From an uncultured Planctomycetota bacterium (GTDB lineage: Bacteria; Planctomycetota; UBA1135; GCA-002686595): DNA of 64,000 nt. Positions 1 to 10,360 of this stretch are shown piece by piece (position 1 is the stretch's first letter; each line of letters opens with the position of its first letter). A model generated the notes under the pieces. That model saw nothing but the letters and a program-made list of their open reading frames with translations, searched no databases and was not told the origin of the DNA. Where the stretch lies: positions 1 to 64,000 of the forward strand of contig CAIYPP010000074.1 in NCBI GenBank assembly GCA_903928115.1. The letters run 5' to 3'. The translations under genes were made by a program, and so were the position numbers.

Positions 1-1330
<1,330 letters not shown>

Positions 1331-1334
<4 letters not shown>

Positions 1335-2032
1335 CGTGCAAGGCTCTTCGTGGCGAGGGCGAGGACGGAGTCGAACATCCGCGGTGTCAGGCGGCCGGTC
1401 TGCGTATTGAGGCGGCTCGGGTGGAAGCTCGCGAGGACTTCGAGTTCCCCGCAGCGATAGCGCGCACCGTGGGCGAAGCGCACGAGCGGCTTGGGTACGT
1501 CGTAGCCTGCGGCTCGCAGCGCGCGCGCCACGGCTCGCCAGCTGTCGGCGCCGAGGCACAGGACCTTCGCGGGCCGCCGCAGCAGCGCGAGCTCGCGTGC
1601 GAGGAAGGGTGCGCAGCGCTCGAACTCGCGCGGGCTGGGCTTGTTGCCCGGCGGCACGCAGCGCACGGCGTTCGAGATACGGGCGCCGCGGAGCGCGAGC
1701 CCGTCGTCGACGCTGCGCGACGTCGGCTGGCTCGCGATGCCGGCGCGCTGCAGCGCGGAAAAGAGGAAATCGCCGGAGCTGTCGCCCGTGAACGGACGGC
1801 CCGTACGGTTGGCGCCGTGCGCGCCCGGCGCGAGCCCGACGATCAGGAGCTCCGCGCGCGCATCGCCGAAGCTCGCGACGCCGCGCGAGTGGTACGGAGT
1901 GCCTCGCCACGCGCGCGGACCGGACTGCGAGCACGCGGAACGCCAGCGCACGAGGCGCGGACAGCGCTCGCACGCGAGCGTGTCCTGCGCGAGTGCTTCG
2001 AGCGAGTCTGTGGCGGCTGGGCGGCGCGGCAT
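1331..2032 (-). CDS. Uracil-DNA glycosylase, family 4 (UdgA-like)
   Basis: 233 aa, starting MPRRP at 2032. Motifs: CERCPRL (4Fe-4S cysteines) and GLAPGAHGANRTGRPFTGDSSGDFL, the family-4 UDG active-site block. The 4-nt stop/start overlap with the photolyase gene suggests translational coupling. Confidence 0.85.
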
Positions 2033-2063
2033 CGGGACGCTCCAGCCTACGGCGAGCCGCGCC

Positions 2064-3521
2064 TCACGCGGCTTCGAGCGGCGTCGCGCCGAAGCGCAGC
2101 CGCATCGCCCGCGTGCGGTAGCCGAAGATCGTGGCGAGCTTCGGTGCGACGAGCAGCTTCTGCGCCAGCGCGCCGAGCGGTCCGAGCGGCGGCGAGTACC
2201 ACACGCGATCCTCCATGATCGTGTCGGCGCCGTCGCGCGCGAAGTGGTGCTCGTGCCACCAGCAGCTGTAGGGACCGACGAGCTGGCTGTCGGAGAACAC
2301 CACGCCGGGCTGCCACGTGTCGATGCGCGAGCGCCAGTCGAGCGCCACCGGACCGATCTGCACCTTGTAGTCGATCTCGCGCCCCACGTGCATGTCGATC
2401 GGCGGCCGCGACTCCAGCGAGAACGCCATCGTCGGCGGAGTGATCGCGCCGAGGTTCTCGGAGCGCGAGAAGAACGCGAACACGTCTTCGAGCGGCGCGT
2501 GGACGCGCATGCGCGAGCGCAGCATGTAGCGCGGTCGCCGCGACGCAAAGTACTCGTGCTTGGGCGGAGCCTCGCTCGCGCCGATCGTGATCCCCGCGTC
2601 GCTGTTGAGGAGATCTGCGAGCGCGCTGTCGAGGTCGGGGAAACGGAAGCGGAAGTCGAGCTCTTCGGCACGCTTCGGCAGCACGCGCGCGCCGGTGAGC
2701 AAGAGGTCCGCGACGTCGCCCAGCGCGAGCTTGAGCGCGAAGCCGGGGGCGGGGAACGGGGTCGGGCGCGACAGCGCGCGGCCGAGTGCCTTCGTGAAGT
2801 CCGCGTTCGTGACGGGCTGCGGAGCGGTCGCGTTGAAGGCGCCGGAGAACTTCGAGTCTTCGAGCGCGCGCATCACGAGCTCGATCCAGTCGTCGACGTG
2901 GATCCACGGCATCCACTGCTTGCCGCTGCCGAGCTTGCCGCCGAGGCCGAAGCGGAAGGGCGGGAGCATCTTCGCGAGCGCACCGCCCTCGGGACCGAGG
3001 ACGATGCCGGTGCGGATCCACGCGGTGCGCACACCCGCGGCGACGGCGGGCTCGGCGGCCGACTCCCAGTCGCGGCAGAGCGCCGAGAGGAAGTCCGACC
3101 CATGGGACGAGCGCTCGTCGATGGGCTCGTCAGCGCGGGGACCATAGAAGCCGACCGCGCTGCCGACGACGAAGGCCTGCGGCTTGCGGGCGGCGGACGC
3201 GATCGCGCGAGCGAGGCGGGCCGTGGTGTCGACGCGGCTCGAGCGCAGCTCCGCGCGGCGCGCGTCGGTCCAGCGGGGTCCGAAGAGAGGCTCGCCCGCG
3301 AGGTGGATCACGGCATGGACGTGGGCCAGCTCGGCGCGCAGCCCGGCGTCGGAGATGTCGGTGCGCAGGAGGCGCGGGCCGGTGCCGAGCGCGGCGCGGG
3401 CACGCTCGGGCGAACGGACCCAAGCGAGCACCTCGTAGCCCTCGCGGGCGAGGCGCAGGGCCAAAAGTCGTCCAAGGAAGCCGGTCGCTCCGGTCAACAA
3501 AACCGTCCGAGAATCGTTCAT
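2064..3521 (-). CDS. TIGR01777/YfcH-type NAD-dependent epimerase (DUF1731) fused to a C-terminal SRPBCC (polyketide cyclase/dehydrase-like) domain
   Basis: 485 aa. N-terminus LLTGATGFLGRLL is a Rossmann GxxGxxG motif, with GKQWMPWIHVDDW typical of the YfcH family. The C-terminal approx 170 aa look like a START/Bet v1 fold. This is the first gene of the minus-strand operon facing litR. Confidence 0.8.
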   Translation of the reverse strand: MNDSRTVLLTGATGFLGRLLALRLAREGYEVLAWVRSPERARAALGTGPRLLRTDISDAGLRAELAHVHAVIHLAGEPLFGPRWTDARRAELRSSRVDTTARLARAIASAARKPQAFVVGSAVGFYGPRADEPIDERSSHGSDFLSALCRDWESAAEPAVAAGVRTAWIRTGIVLGPEGGALAKMLPPFRFGLGGKLGSGKQWMPWIHVDDWIELVMRALEDSKFSGAFNATAPQPVTNADFTKALGRALSRPTPFPAPGFALKLALGDVADLLLTGARVLPKRAEELDFRFRFPDLDSALADLLNSDAGITIGASEAPPKHEYFASRRPRYMLRSRMRVHAPLEDVFAFFSRSENLGAITPPTMAFSLESRPPIDMHVGREIDYKVQIGPVALDWRSRIDTWQPGVVFSDSQLVGPYSCWWHEHHFARDGADTIMEDRVWYSPPLGPLGALAQKLLVAPKLATIFGYRTRAMRLRFGATPLEAA

Positions 3522-3527
3522 GGAGGC

Positions 3528-3580
3528 CTTTCTAGGGCCGCTCGGGACGATTTCTAGAGATTTTGGGACGATTTCCCCTT
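3528..3580. promoter_or_regulatory. Candidate operator of the LitR/CarH-like regulator, in the divergent promoter gap
   Basis: GGGACGATTTC occurs twice exactly (3544-3554 and 3565-3575), 21 bp apart. A third degenerate copy (cTTTCtaGG) sits about 3528. The 95-bp gap separates the start of the epimerase operon (3521, minus) from the litR-like start (3617, plus). Confidence 0.45.
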
Positions 3581-3616
3581 GAGGGGTGGACGGTTCAGGG
3601 CGAAGGTGGACGAACC

Positions 3617-4429
3617 ATGGACGAATTCATGACCAGTGCCGAAGTCGCCCGGCTCCTCGGAGTCGGCCCGACGAGTGTCAAGCGGTGGGCCGACTCTGGC
3701 CTGCTGCCCTGTCTGCGGACCCCCGGCCGCCACCGCCGCTTCTCGCGGCCCGAGGTCGAGAAGTTCCGTCTGAAGCAGCATGAGGTTCAGGAGCCGGATC
3801 CGGCGCAGATCGATGCGTGGATCAAGCTCATCGACTCCGAGTGCGGTCCCTACGAAGTTCACAGCGCGCTCCTCTTCGACCGCTCGCGACTCGACGCCTG
3901 GTGGCGCGTGTCCGAGCTCGTCGGGGCGGTGCTCGCCGAGATCGGTCGCCGCTGGGAAGCCGGCCAGATGGGCATCCTGCAGGAGCACTTGGCCAGCGAG
4001 CGTCTCGCCCGCGGCCTCGCGCGCTGCACCGAGTCCATCGCCGTCCCCCAAAACGGCCCGCGCGCGCTGCTCGTCGGCGCCGAGGGGGACGAGCACACGC
4101 TCGGCCTCCAGCTGGCCGAGCTCGTGTTCCGCGAGCGCGGTTGGAACGTCCTTTGGGGCGGCCGCTCGATGCCGACGACCGAGGTGGTCGGCCGCATCCA
4201 GCACGGCGACTGCGACCTCGTCGCGGTCTCCGCGGCGGCGAGCTTCAAGGACCTCTCGAAGCTGCGCGACCAAGTGCGCGCGGTCGGCTCGGCGTGCCAA
4301 GAGCACGACGTGCAGCTGATCCTCGGCGGCCGTGCCCCGTGGCCGGAGCACGCCAGCGATCTGCCCCGCTTCCACCGCGTCAACAACTTCAGGGAGCTGC
4401 ACGAACTGCTAGGCTCCCTGCATGGCTGA
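3617..4429 (+). CDS. litR: MerR-family, B12-binding light-responsive transcriptional regulator (LitR/CarH type)
   Basis: N-terminus MTSAEVARLLGVGPTSVKRWADSGLL is a MerR/excisionase-type HTH. The C-terminus carries the cobalamin-binding DxHxxG signature in LLVGAEGDEHTLGLQ, followed by a Rossmann-like GG segment. There is an SD-like GAAGGTGGA upstream of the ATG at 3617; the ORF-track start at 3563 is probably too far upstream. Confidence 0.8.
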   Translation: MDEFMTSAEVARLLGVGPTSVKRWADSGLLPCLRTPGRHRRFSRPEVEKFRLKQHEVQEPDPAQIDAWIKLIDSECGPYEVHSALLFDRSRLDAWWRVSELVGAVLAEIGRRWEAGQMGILQEHLASERLARGLARCTESIAVPQNGPRALLVGAEGDEHTLGLQLAELVFRERGWNVLWGGRSMPTTEVVGRIQHGDCDLVAVSAAASFKDLSKLRDQVRAVGSACQEHDVQLILGGRAPWPEHASDLPRFHRVNNFRELHELLGSLHG

Positions 4430-5396
4430 GAGCACCGGCGGCGCACCTGCGCGAGCGATTCGAGTCGGCACGAGCGCGTGCCTGCTCGGCTCTCAGGTGC
4501 GCTTCGACGGCGGACACAAGCGCGAGCGCTTCCTCACGGAAGGGCTCGCGCCTTTTTTTGAGTTTGTCTCCGTGTGCCCCGAGGTCGAGAGCGGGCTCTC
4601 GATTCCGCGTCCGACCCTGCGCCTCGTCGGCGCGGAGGACGATCCGCGGCTCGTGTTCGGCGAGAGCGGCGAGGAGTACACCCCGCAGCTGCGCGCCTGG
4701 GCGAAAGCGAAGCTCGACGCGCTCGCGGAGCTCGACCTGTGCGGCTTCGTCTTGAAGAGCGACAGCCCGAGCTGCGGCATGGAGCGCGTCAAGGTCTACA
4801 ACGACAAGGGCATGGCCTCGAAGAAGGGGCGCGGGATCTTCGCGGCGGCGCTGATGGCGCGCTTTCCGCTGCTGCCCGTCGAAGAAGAGGGTCGACTCAA
4901 CGACGCGAAGCTGCGCGAGACCTTCGTCGAGAGCGTGTTTGCGTACCGCCGCTGGCGCGACCTCTTGGAGGTCGGGCTCACCTTGCCGCGCATCGTCGAC
5001 TTCCACCGCGTCCACAAGTACCTGCTCTTGGCGCACAGCCCCGAGCACTACGCGTCGCTCGGGCGGCTCGTCGCAGGCGCGAAGAAGCTCTCGAAGGGCG
5101 AGCTCGCCGAGAGCTACGGTCGCGGCTTCATGGAGGCGATGGGCAAGAACGCCTCGCGCGGGCGGCACTACAACGTGCTCCAGCACATGGCGGGGTACTT
5201 CAAGGACGAACTCGACGCGCCGTCCCGCGAGGAGCTGCACCAGACCCTCGACGACTACCGGGCGGGGCTCGTGCCGCTCGTCGTTCCGATCACGCTGATC
5301 CGCCACCACGTGCGGGTGCGCGAGGTCGGATACCTGCGCGATCAGGTCTATCTCGCGCCGCATCCAAAGGAGCTGATGCTCCGAAATCACGTCTAG
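4422..5396 (+). CDS. DUF523 plus DUF1722 fusion protein (YbgA-like). In E. coli ybgA is cotranscribed with phr.
   Basis: 324 aa. VGTSACLLGSQVRFDGGHK is the DUF523 N-terminal block, and the C-terminal half is YbgA-like. The start overlaps the litR stop. Confidence 0.75.
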   Translation: MAESTGGAPARAIRVGTSACLLGSQVRFDGGHKRERFLTEGLAPFFEFVSVCPEVESGLSIPRPTLRLVGAEDDPRLVFGESGEEYTPQLRAWAKAKLDALAELDLCGFVLKSDSPSCGMERVKVYNDKGMASKKGRGIFAAALMARFPLLPVEEEGRLNDAKLRETFVESVFAYRRWRDLLEVGLTLPRIVDFHRVHKYLLLAHSPEHYASLGRLVAGAKKLSKGELAESYGRGFMEAMGKNASRGRHYNVLQHMAGYFKDELDAPSREELHQTLDDYRAGLVPLVVPITLIRHHVRVREVGYLRDQVYLAPHPKELMLRNHV

Positions 5397-5478
5397 CGGC
5401 CGTTCTGGCCGACTCGACGATGCGCACCCCCCAAATGAACTGCCGCGCGGGCGGCCGACGGGCCGACGGGGGCCTCGC

Positions 5479-6285
5479 GTGAGCTTCGCGCAGGGGTTGG
5501 AGCTCGCCCTTCTGGGCTGGGCCGTGGCGGCGGGCGTGATGCTCGTGCTGTGGATGATCCAGCTCCGCACGCGCGACGCGACCGAGGTCGACATGGCTTG
5601 GGCGGCGAATCTCGGGGTGCTCGCGGTGCTCTACGCATGGCGGGCGGACGGGCTGCCCGAGCGGCGCTGGCTGGTGGGCGGGCTCGTGGCGCTCGCCTCG
5701 TGGCGGCTCGCGCTCTACCTGTACCTCGACCGTGGACGCAAGGGCGTCGAAGATGGTCGCTACGCCACACTGCGCGCGTCGTGGGGGAGCGCGGCGAACG
5801 CGAAGTTCTTCGTGTTCTATCAGGCGCAGGCGCTGCTCGACGTTCTGCTGGCGCTGCCGTTTCTGCTCGCGTGCGGAGCGAGCGCGCCGCTCTCGTGGCT
5901 CGACGGGCTCGGCGTCGCGCTCGCGGTGGTCGCGGCGCTCGGCGAGTCGCTCGCCGATCGCCAGCTCGCGCGCTTTCGCGCCGAGCCCGCGAACCGCGGC
6001 CGCACGTGCCGCTCGGGGCTGTGGCGCTACTCGCGTCACCCCAACTACTTCTTCCAGTGGCTCCTGTGGTGCGGCTACGCGTGCTTTGCGTGGAACGCGC
6101 CTTGGGGTTGGCTCGGCGTCGTGAGTCCGCTCGCGATGCTCGGACTGATTCTGTTCGTCACGGGCATTCCGCCCACCGAGGCCCAAGCGCTGCGTTCGCG
6201 CGGCGACGACTACCGCGCGTACCAGCGCACCACGAGCTCGTTCGTCCCGTGGTTTCCCAAGGACGACGCGGCTCCCGCGAGGTGA
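5479..6285 (+). CDS. DUF1295 membrane protein (steroid 5-alpha-reductase / ICMT-like fold)
   Basis: 268 aa, hydrophobic with several TM segments. [20 protein letters not shown] is the conserved DUF1295 motif. Confidence 0.8.
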   Translation: MSFAQGLELALLGWAVAAGVMLVLWMIQLRTRDATEVDMAWAANLGVLAVLYAWRADGLPERRWLVGGLVALASWRLALYLYLDRGRKGVEDGRYATLRASWGSAANAKFFVFYQAQALLDVLLALPFLLACGASAPLSWLDGLGVALAVVAALGESLADRQLARFRAEPANRGRTCRSGLWRYSRHPNYFFQWLLWCGYACFAWNAPWGWLGVVSPLAMLGLILFVTGIPPTEAQALRSRGDDYRAYQRTTSSFVPWFPKDDAAPAR

Positions 6286-6289
6286 ACAT

Positions 6290-7321
6290 ATGGCACTGCA
6301 GACCCTGATCGAGTCGGGCAAGGTCCCGGATTTCGCGCTGCGCATGGGCATTCGGCGTCTCTTGGCGCAGCGCCTGCGCGAGGAGGAGGCGGGCGGCGAA
6401 GAGGGGCGCAGGACGCGCCGCGAGGCGCTGCTCGCGAACATGCGCTCGAGTCCGATCGCGCTGCACACGGCCGAAGCCAACGACCAGCACTACGAGGTGC
6501 CGACGCGCTTCTACGAGCTCGCGCTCGGGCCGCACCTCAAGTACTCGGGCGCGCTGTGGAACGCCGGCACGCGCACGCTCGGCGAGGCGGAAGAGGCGAT
6601 GCTCGCGCTCTATTGCGAGCGCGCGGGCCTCGTCGACGGCATGGACGTCTTGGAGCTCGGCTGCGGCTGGGGGTCGCTGAGCCTCTACATGGCCGCGCGC
6701 TTTCCGAAGAGCCGGATCCTCGGCGTGTCGAACTCGCGCACCCAGCGCGAGCACATCCTCGCCAAGGCGAAGGAGCGCGGGATCACCAACCTCGAGATCG
6801 AGACCTGCGACATCAACCGCTGGAGCACCGCGCGGCGCTTCGATCGCGTGATGTCGGTCGAGATGTTCGAGCACCTGCGCAACTGGGAGCAGCTGTTTGC
6901 GTTGATCGCGGGCGCGCTGAAGCCCGAAGGGAAGCTCTTCTTCCACATTTTTACCCACGTCCGTCACGCCTACCTGTTCCAGACCGAGGGCGATGACAAC
7001 TGGATGGGGCGCAACTTCTTTACAGGCGGCATCATGCCGTCGGACGACTTGCCGCTCGCGTTCCAGCGCGACTTGGAGTGCGTCGAGCGCTGGCAGGTCG
7101 ACGGCACGCACTACGGCAAGACGGCCGAGGCGTGGCTCGCGAACATGGATCGCAACAAGAACGAGGTGCGCGAGCTCTTCCGCGCGACCTACGGCGCGGG
7201 CCGCGAGCGCGCTTGGATCGAGAATTGGCGCGTGTTCTTCATGGCGTGCGCGGAGCTCTGGAACTACCGTAACGGCTCGGAGTGGATCGTCTCCCACTAC
7301 CTGTTCCGTCGTCGCCCTTAG
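6290..7321 (+). CDS. SAM-dependent methyltransferase of the cyclopropane-fatty-acyl-phospholipid synthase family (short paralog)
   Basis: 343 aa. [16 protein letters not shown] is SAM-binding motif I. The [24 protein letters not shown] block and the C-terminal [12 protein letters not shown] are typical of the CFA-synthase / mycolic-acid methyltransferase family. Confidence 0.8.
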   Translation: MALQTLIESGKVPDFALRMGIRRLLAQRLREEEAGGEEGRRTRREALLANMRSSPIALHTAEANDQHYEVPTRFYELALGPHLKYSGALWNAGTRTLGEAEEAMLALYCERAGLVDGMDVLELGCGWGSLSLYMAARFPKSRILGVSNSRTQREHILAKAKERGITNLEIETCDINRWSTARRFDRVMSVEMFEHLRNWEQLFALIAGALKPEGKLFFHIFTHVRHAYLFQTEGDDNWMGRNFFTGGIMPSDDLPLAFQRDLECVERWQVDGTHYGKTAEAWLANMDRNKNEVRELFRATYGAGRERAWIENWRVFFMACAELWNYRNGSEWIVSHYLFRRRP

Positions 7322-7334
7322 AGGTCTTGTCCGG

Positions 7335-8297
7335 ATGGAGTCGTCGCCGCAGGCCGCCGCTGGCCCTAAGAAGACCACGTCGCTGGCCTTCCTGCGCTGG
7401 ATCGACTCGTGGGCAGGCATCGACGAGCCGGTCGCGAGCACCGAGAAGCGCGTCGACTGGCCGCGCATCCTGCCCTTCGCGCTGCTGCACGTGGCCTGCC
7501 TCGGCGTGATCTGGGTGGGCTGGAGTCCGGTGGCCGTGGGCGTCGCCGTCGCGCTCTACGTGGTCCGCATGTTTGCGATCACGGCCTTCTACCACCGCTA
7601 CTTCTCGCACCGCACGTTCAAGACCTCGCGCGCGATGCAGTTCCTGTTCGGCGTGCTCGGCAACAGCGCGGTGCAGCGCGGGCCCCTGTGGTGGGCCGCG
7701 CACCACCGCGAGCACCACCTGAACTCCGACACGGACGACGACACGCACTCGCCGGTGCGCCACGGGTTCTTTTGGAGCCACGTCGGCTGGATCACGGCCA
7801 AGCACAACTTCCCGACGCGGCGCGAGCGCGTGAAGGACCTGCTCAAGTACCCGGAGCTGTGCTTCCTCGACCGCTTCGACATCGTGGTGCCGATCGCGAT
7901 GTTCGCGGGGCTGTACGGGCTCGGCGCGTGGCTCGGGTCGGCCTACCCCGAGCTCGGCACGAGCGGCTGGCAGCTCGTCGTGTGGGGGATGATCTCGACC
8001 GTCGTGCTGTTCCACGCGACGTTCACGATCAACTCGCTCGCGCACGTGTGGGGCACGCGGCGCTTCCAGACGCGCGACGCGAGCCGCAACAACTGGTTCC
8101 TCGCGATCGTCACGCTCGGCGAGGGCTGGCACAACAACCACCACCACTATCAGGGCTCGGTGCGGCAGGGCTTCGTGTGGTGGGAGTACGACCCGAGCTA
8201 CTACGCGCTGCGCGCGATGAGCTGGCTCGGCCTCGTGTGGCAGCTGAATCCGGTGCCTGCCGTGGTGCTCGAGAAGCGGCTCGAGAAGCGCGGCTAG
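7335..8297 (+). CDS. Membrane fatty-acid desaturase (acyl-CoA / acyl-lipid Delta9-desaturase family)
   Basis: Three histidine boxes are present: HRYFSHR, HREHHLNSD and HNNHHHY. The start was moved to ATG 7335 (MESSPQ), because the ORF-track start at 6993 overlaps the upstream gene and translates to low-complexity junk. Confidence 0.8.
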   Translation: MESSPQAAAGPKKTTSLAFLRWIDSWAGIDEPVASTEKRVDWPRILPFALLHVACLGVIWVGWSPVAVGVAVALYVVRMFAITAFYHRYFSHRTFKTSRAMQFLFGVLGNSAVQRGPLWWAAHHREHHLNSDTDDDTHSPVRHGFFWSHVGWITAKHNFPTRRERVKDLLKYPELCFLDRFDIVVPIAMFAGLYGLGAWLGSAYPELGTSGWQLVVWGMISTVVLFHATFTINSLAHVWGTRRFQTRDASRNNWFLAIVTLGEGWHNNHHHYQGSVRQGFVWWEYDPSYYALRAMSWLGLVWQLNPVPAVVLEKRLEKRG

Positions 8298-8309
8298 GGA
8301 GCGAGCGGC

Positions 8310-9596
8310 TTGCGCGTCGCCATCGTCGGCAGCGGGATCTCGGGCCTCGTCGTAGCGCACCACCTCGCGCGCGAGCACCAGATCGAGCTCTACGAGGCGG
8401 GCAGCTACGTCGGCGGCCACACGCACACGCACACGCTCGAGCTCGGCGGCCGCACCCTCTCGATCGACACGGGCTTCATCGTCTTCAACCGCAAGACGTA
8501 CCCCAACTTCTGTCACCTGCTCGAAGAGCTCGGCGTCGCCTCCAAGGAGAGCGACATGAGCTTCAGCGTGCGCGAGGAGCGCACGGGCATCGAGTGGAAC
8601 GGGCGCAACCTCGACACGGTGTACGCGCAGCGCTCGAACCTCTTGAGGCCGAGCTTCCACCGCATGGTGCTTGACATCCTGCGCTTCAACCGTGAAGCGC
8701 AGGAGCTGCTCTCCGGCGACGACGAGATCCCGCTGGGCGACTACCTGCGAGAGCGGCGCTACTCCGAGAGCTTCCGCCGGCTCTACATCCTGCCGATGGG
8801 GGCCGCGATCTGGTCGGCGAGCCCCGACGAGATGCTCGCCTTCCCCGCGCGCTTCTTCGTGCGCTTCTTCCACAACCATGGGTTCCTGCAGGTCGAGGGG
8901 CGGCCGGTGTGGCGTGTGGTCGAGGGCGGGTCGGCGCGCTACGTCGAGGCCCTGATCCGGCCTTTCCGCGAGCGCGTCCACGTCTCGACGCCCGTGCGAT
9001 CGGTGCGGCGTATGGCGGACGGGGTCGAAGTCGAGCTGGCGCGCGGCGAGCGGCAGCGCTTCGACCACGTGGTGCTTGCGACCCACAGCGACACGGCGCT
9101 GGCCCTGCTCGCCGATCCGAGCCCCGTCGAGCGCTCGGTCTTGGGCGCGATCCGCTATCAGGAAAACGAGGCCGTGCTCCACACGGACGCCTCCCTGCTC
9201 CCCAAGCGGCGCAAGGTCTGGGCCAGCTGGAACTACCACCTGCTCGACCCCGGCGGGCAGGGGGCGGAAGGGGTGAATCCACACCGGGCGACGCTGACGT
9301 ACTGGATGAATAGGCTGCAGGGCCTCGACTGCCCCGAGGAGCTCTGCGTGACCCTGAACCACTCCCAGGCCGTCCAGCCCTCTCGGGTCCTGCGTCGAAT
9401 GACCTACCACCACCCGCACTTCGACCTCCCGACCGTCGCCGCCCAGCGGCGCTGGTCCGAGGTCAGCGGCGTGAACAGGACCTCCTTCGCCGGTGCGTAC
9501 TGGCGCTACGGATTCCATGAGGACGGCGTGATGAGCGGCCTGCGGGTCGTCGAGGCCCTCTCGGGCCGCCGTGTCCTCGTGGAGCCGTGGTCGTGA
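8310..9596 (+). CDS. FAD/NAD-binding amine-oxidase-like oxidoreductase (UfaD-like position)
   Basis: MRVAIVGSGISGLVVAHHL is a dinucleotide-binding GxGxxG motif. 428 aa. The architecture matches the flavin amine oxidases found next to DUF1365 and cfa genes. Confidence 0.8.
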   Translation: MRVAIVGSGISGLVVAHHLAREHQIELYEAGSYVGGHTHTHTLELGGRTLSIDTGFIVFNRKTYPNFCHLLEELGVASKESDMSFSVREERTGIEWNGRNLDTVYAQRSNLLRPSFHRMVLDILRFNREAQELLSGDDEIPLGDYLRERRYSESFRRLYILPMGAAIWSASPDEMLAFPARFFVRFFHNHGFLQVEGRPVWRVVEGGSARYVEALIRPFRERVHVSTPVRSVRRMADGVEVELARGERQRFDHVVLATHSDTALALLADPSPVERSVLGAIRYQENEAVLHTDASLLPKRRKVWASWNYHLLDPGGQGAEGVNPHRATLTYWMNRLQGLDCPEELCVTLNHSQAVQPSRVLRRMTYHHPHFDLPTVAAQRRWSEVSGVNRTSFAGAYWRYGFHEDGVMSGLRVVEALSGRRVLVEPWS

Positions 9597-10354
9597 GGAG
9601 CGCGGTCTACTTCGGGCGTGTGGGGCACCGTCGGATCGGCGGGGTCGAGCACGCGTTCGGCTACGGGCACGTCTTGCTCGCACTCGACCTCTCCGAGCTC
9701 GACCGCGCGTTCCGCGGTCGCTGGCTGTGGTCGGTCGAGCGCGCGAACCTCGTGAGCTTCCGGCGCGCGGACTACCTCGGGGCCGAAGGCGGGGCGGCGC
9801 TCGACGCGGCCGTGCGAGCGCGCGTGCAGGCGGAGCTCGGGCGCGAGCCGAAGGGGCGCGTGGTGCTGCTCACGCAGCCGCGCTTCGCGGGCTTCGTCTT
9901 CAACCCCGTCAGCTTCTACTACTGCTACGACGCGGACGAGCGCCTCGACGCAATCGTGGCCGAGATCACGAACACGCCGTGGGGCGAGCGGCACAGCTAC
10001 GTGCTCGACGCACGCGGCGGCGCCGGTGCGCGCGCGCGCTTCGCCAAGCGCTTCCACGTCTCGCCGTTCCAAGACATGGGGCAAGAGTACGAGTGGGCCT
10101 TCGGCGAGCTCGGCGAAGAGCTCGACGTGCAGATGACGAACTTCGAGCGCGGCACGCCCGTGTTCGAGGCCCGGCTTCAGATGCGGCGACGCGAGCTCGA
10201 CGGCGCGGCGCTCGCCCGCGCGCTGTGCCTCTGCCCCGGCTTCTCGCTGCGCTCGATCGCGGCGATCTACTGGCAAGCGCTGCGACTCAAGCTCAAAGGC
10301 GCGCCCTTCTTCGAACATCCCCGCACTCGCCGATCCCCCCTCGCGGAGACGTAG
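9587..10354 (+). CDS. DUF1365 family protein (UfaO-like position)
   Basis: 255 aa. Contains GHRRIGGVEHAFGYGHVLLALDLSELD and FVFNPVSFYYCYD, which are conserved DUF1365 blocks. The GTG start overlaps the upstream stop. Confidence 0.75.
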   Translation: MVVRSAVYFGRVGHRRIGGVEHAFGYGHVLLALDLSELDRAFRGRWLWSVERANLVSFRRADYLGAEGGAALDAAVRARVQAELGREPKGRVVLLTQPRFAGFVFNPVSFYYCYDADERLDAIVAEITNTPWGERHSYVLDARGGAGARARFAKRFHVSPFQDMGQEYEWAFGELGEELDVQMTNFERGTPVFEARLQMRRRELDGAALARALCLCPGFSLRSIAAIYWQALRLKLKGAPFFEHPRTRRSPLAET

Positions 10355-10360
10355 GAACCC

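Noticed and set aside
7239-9683. 814-aa minus ORF, and 11816..14230 minus (804 aa)
   Set aside because: They are antisense to the desaturase/amine oxidase and to corA/tamB respectively, and the compositions are spurious.
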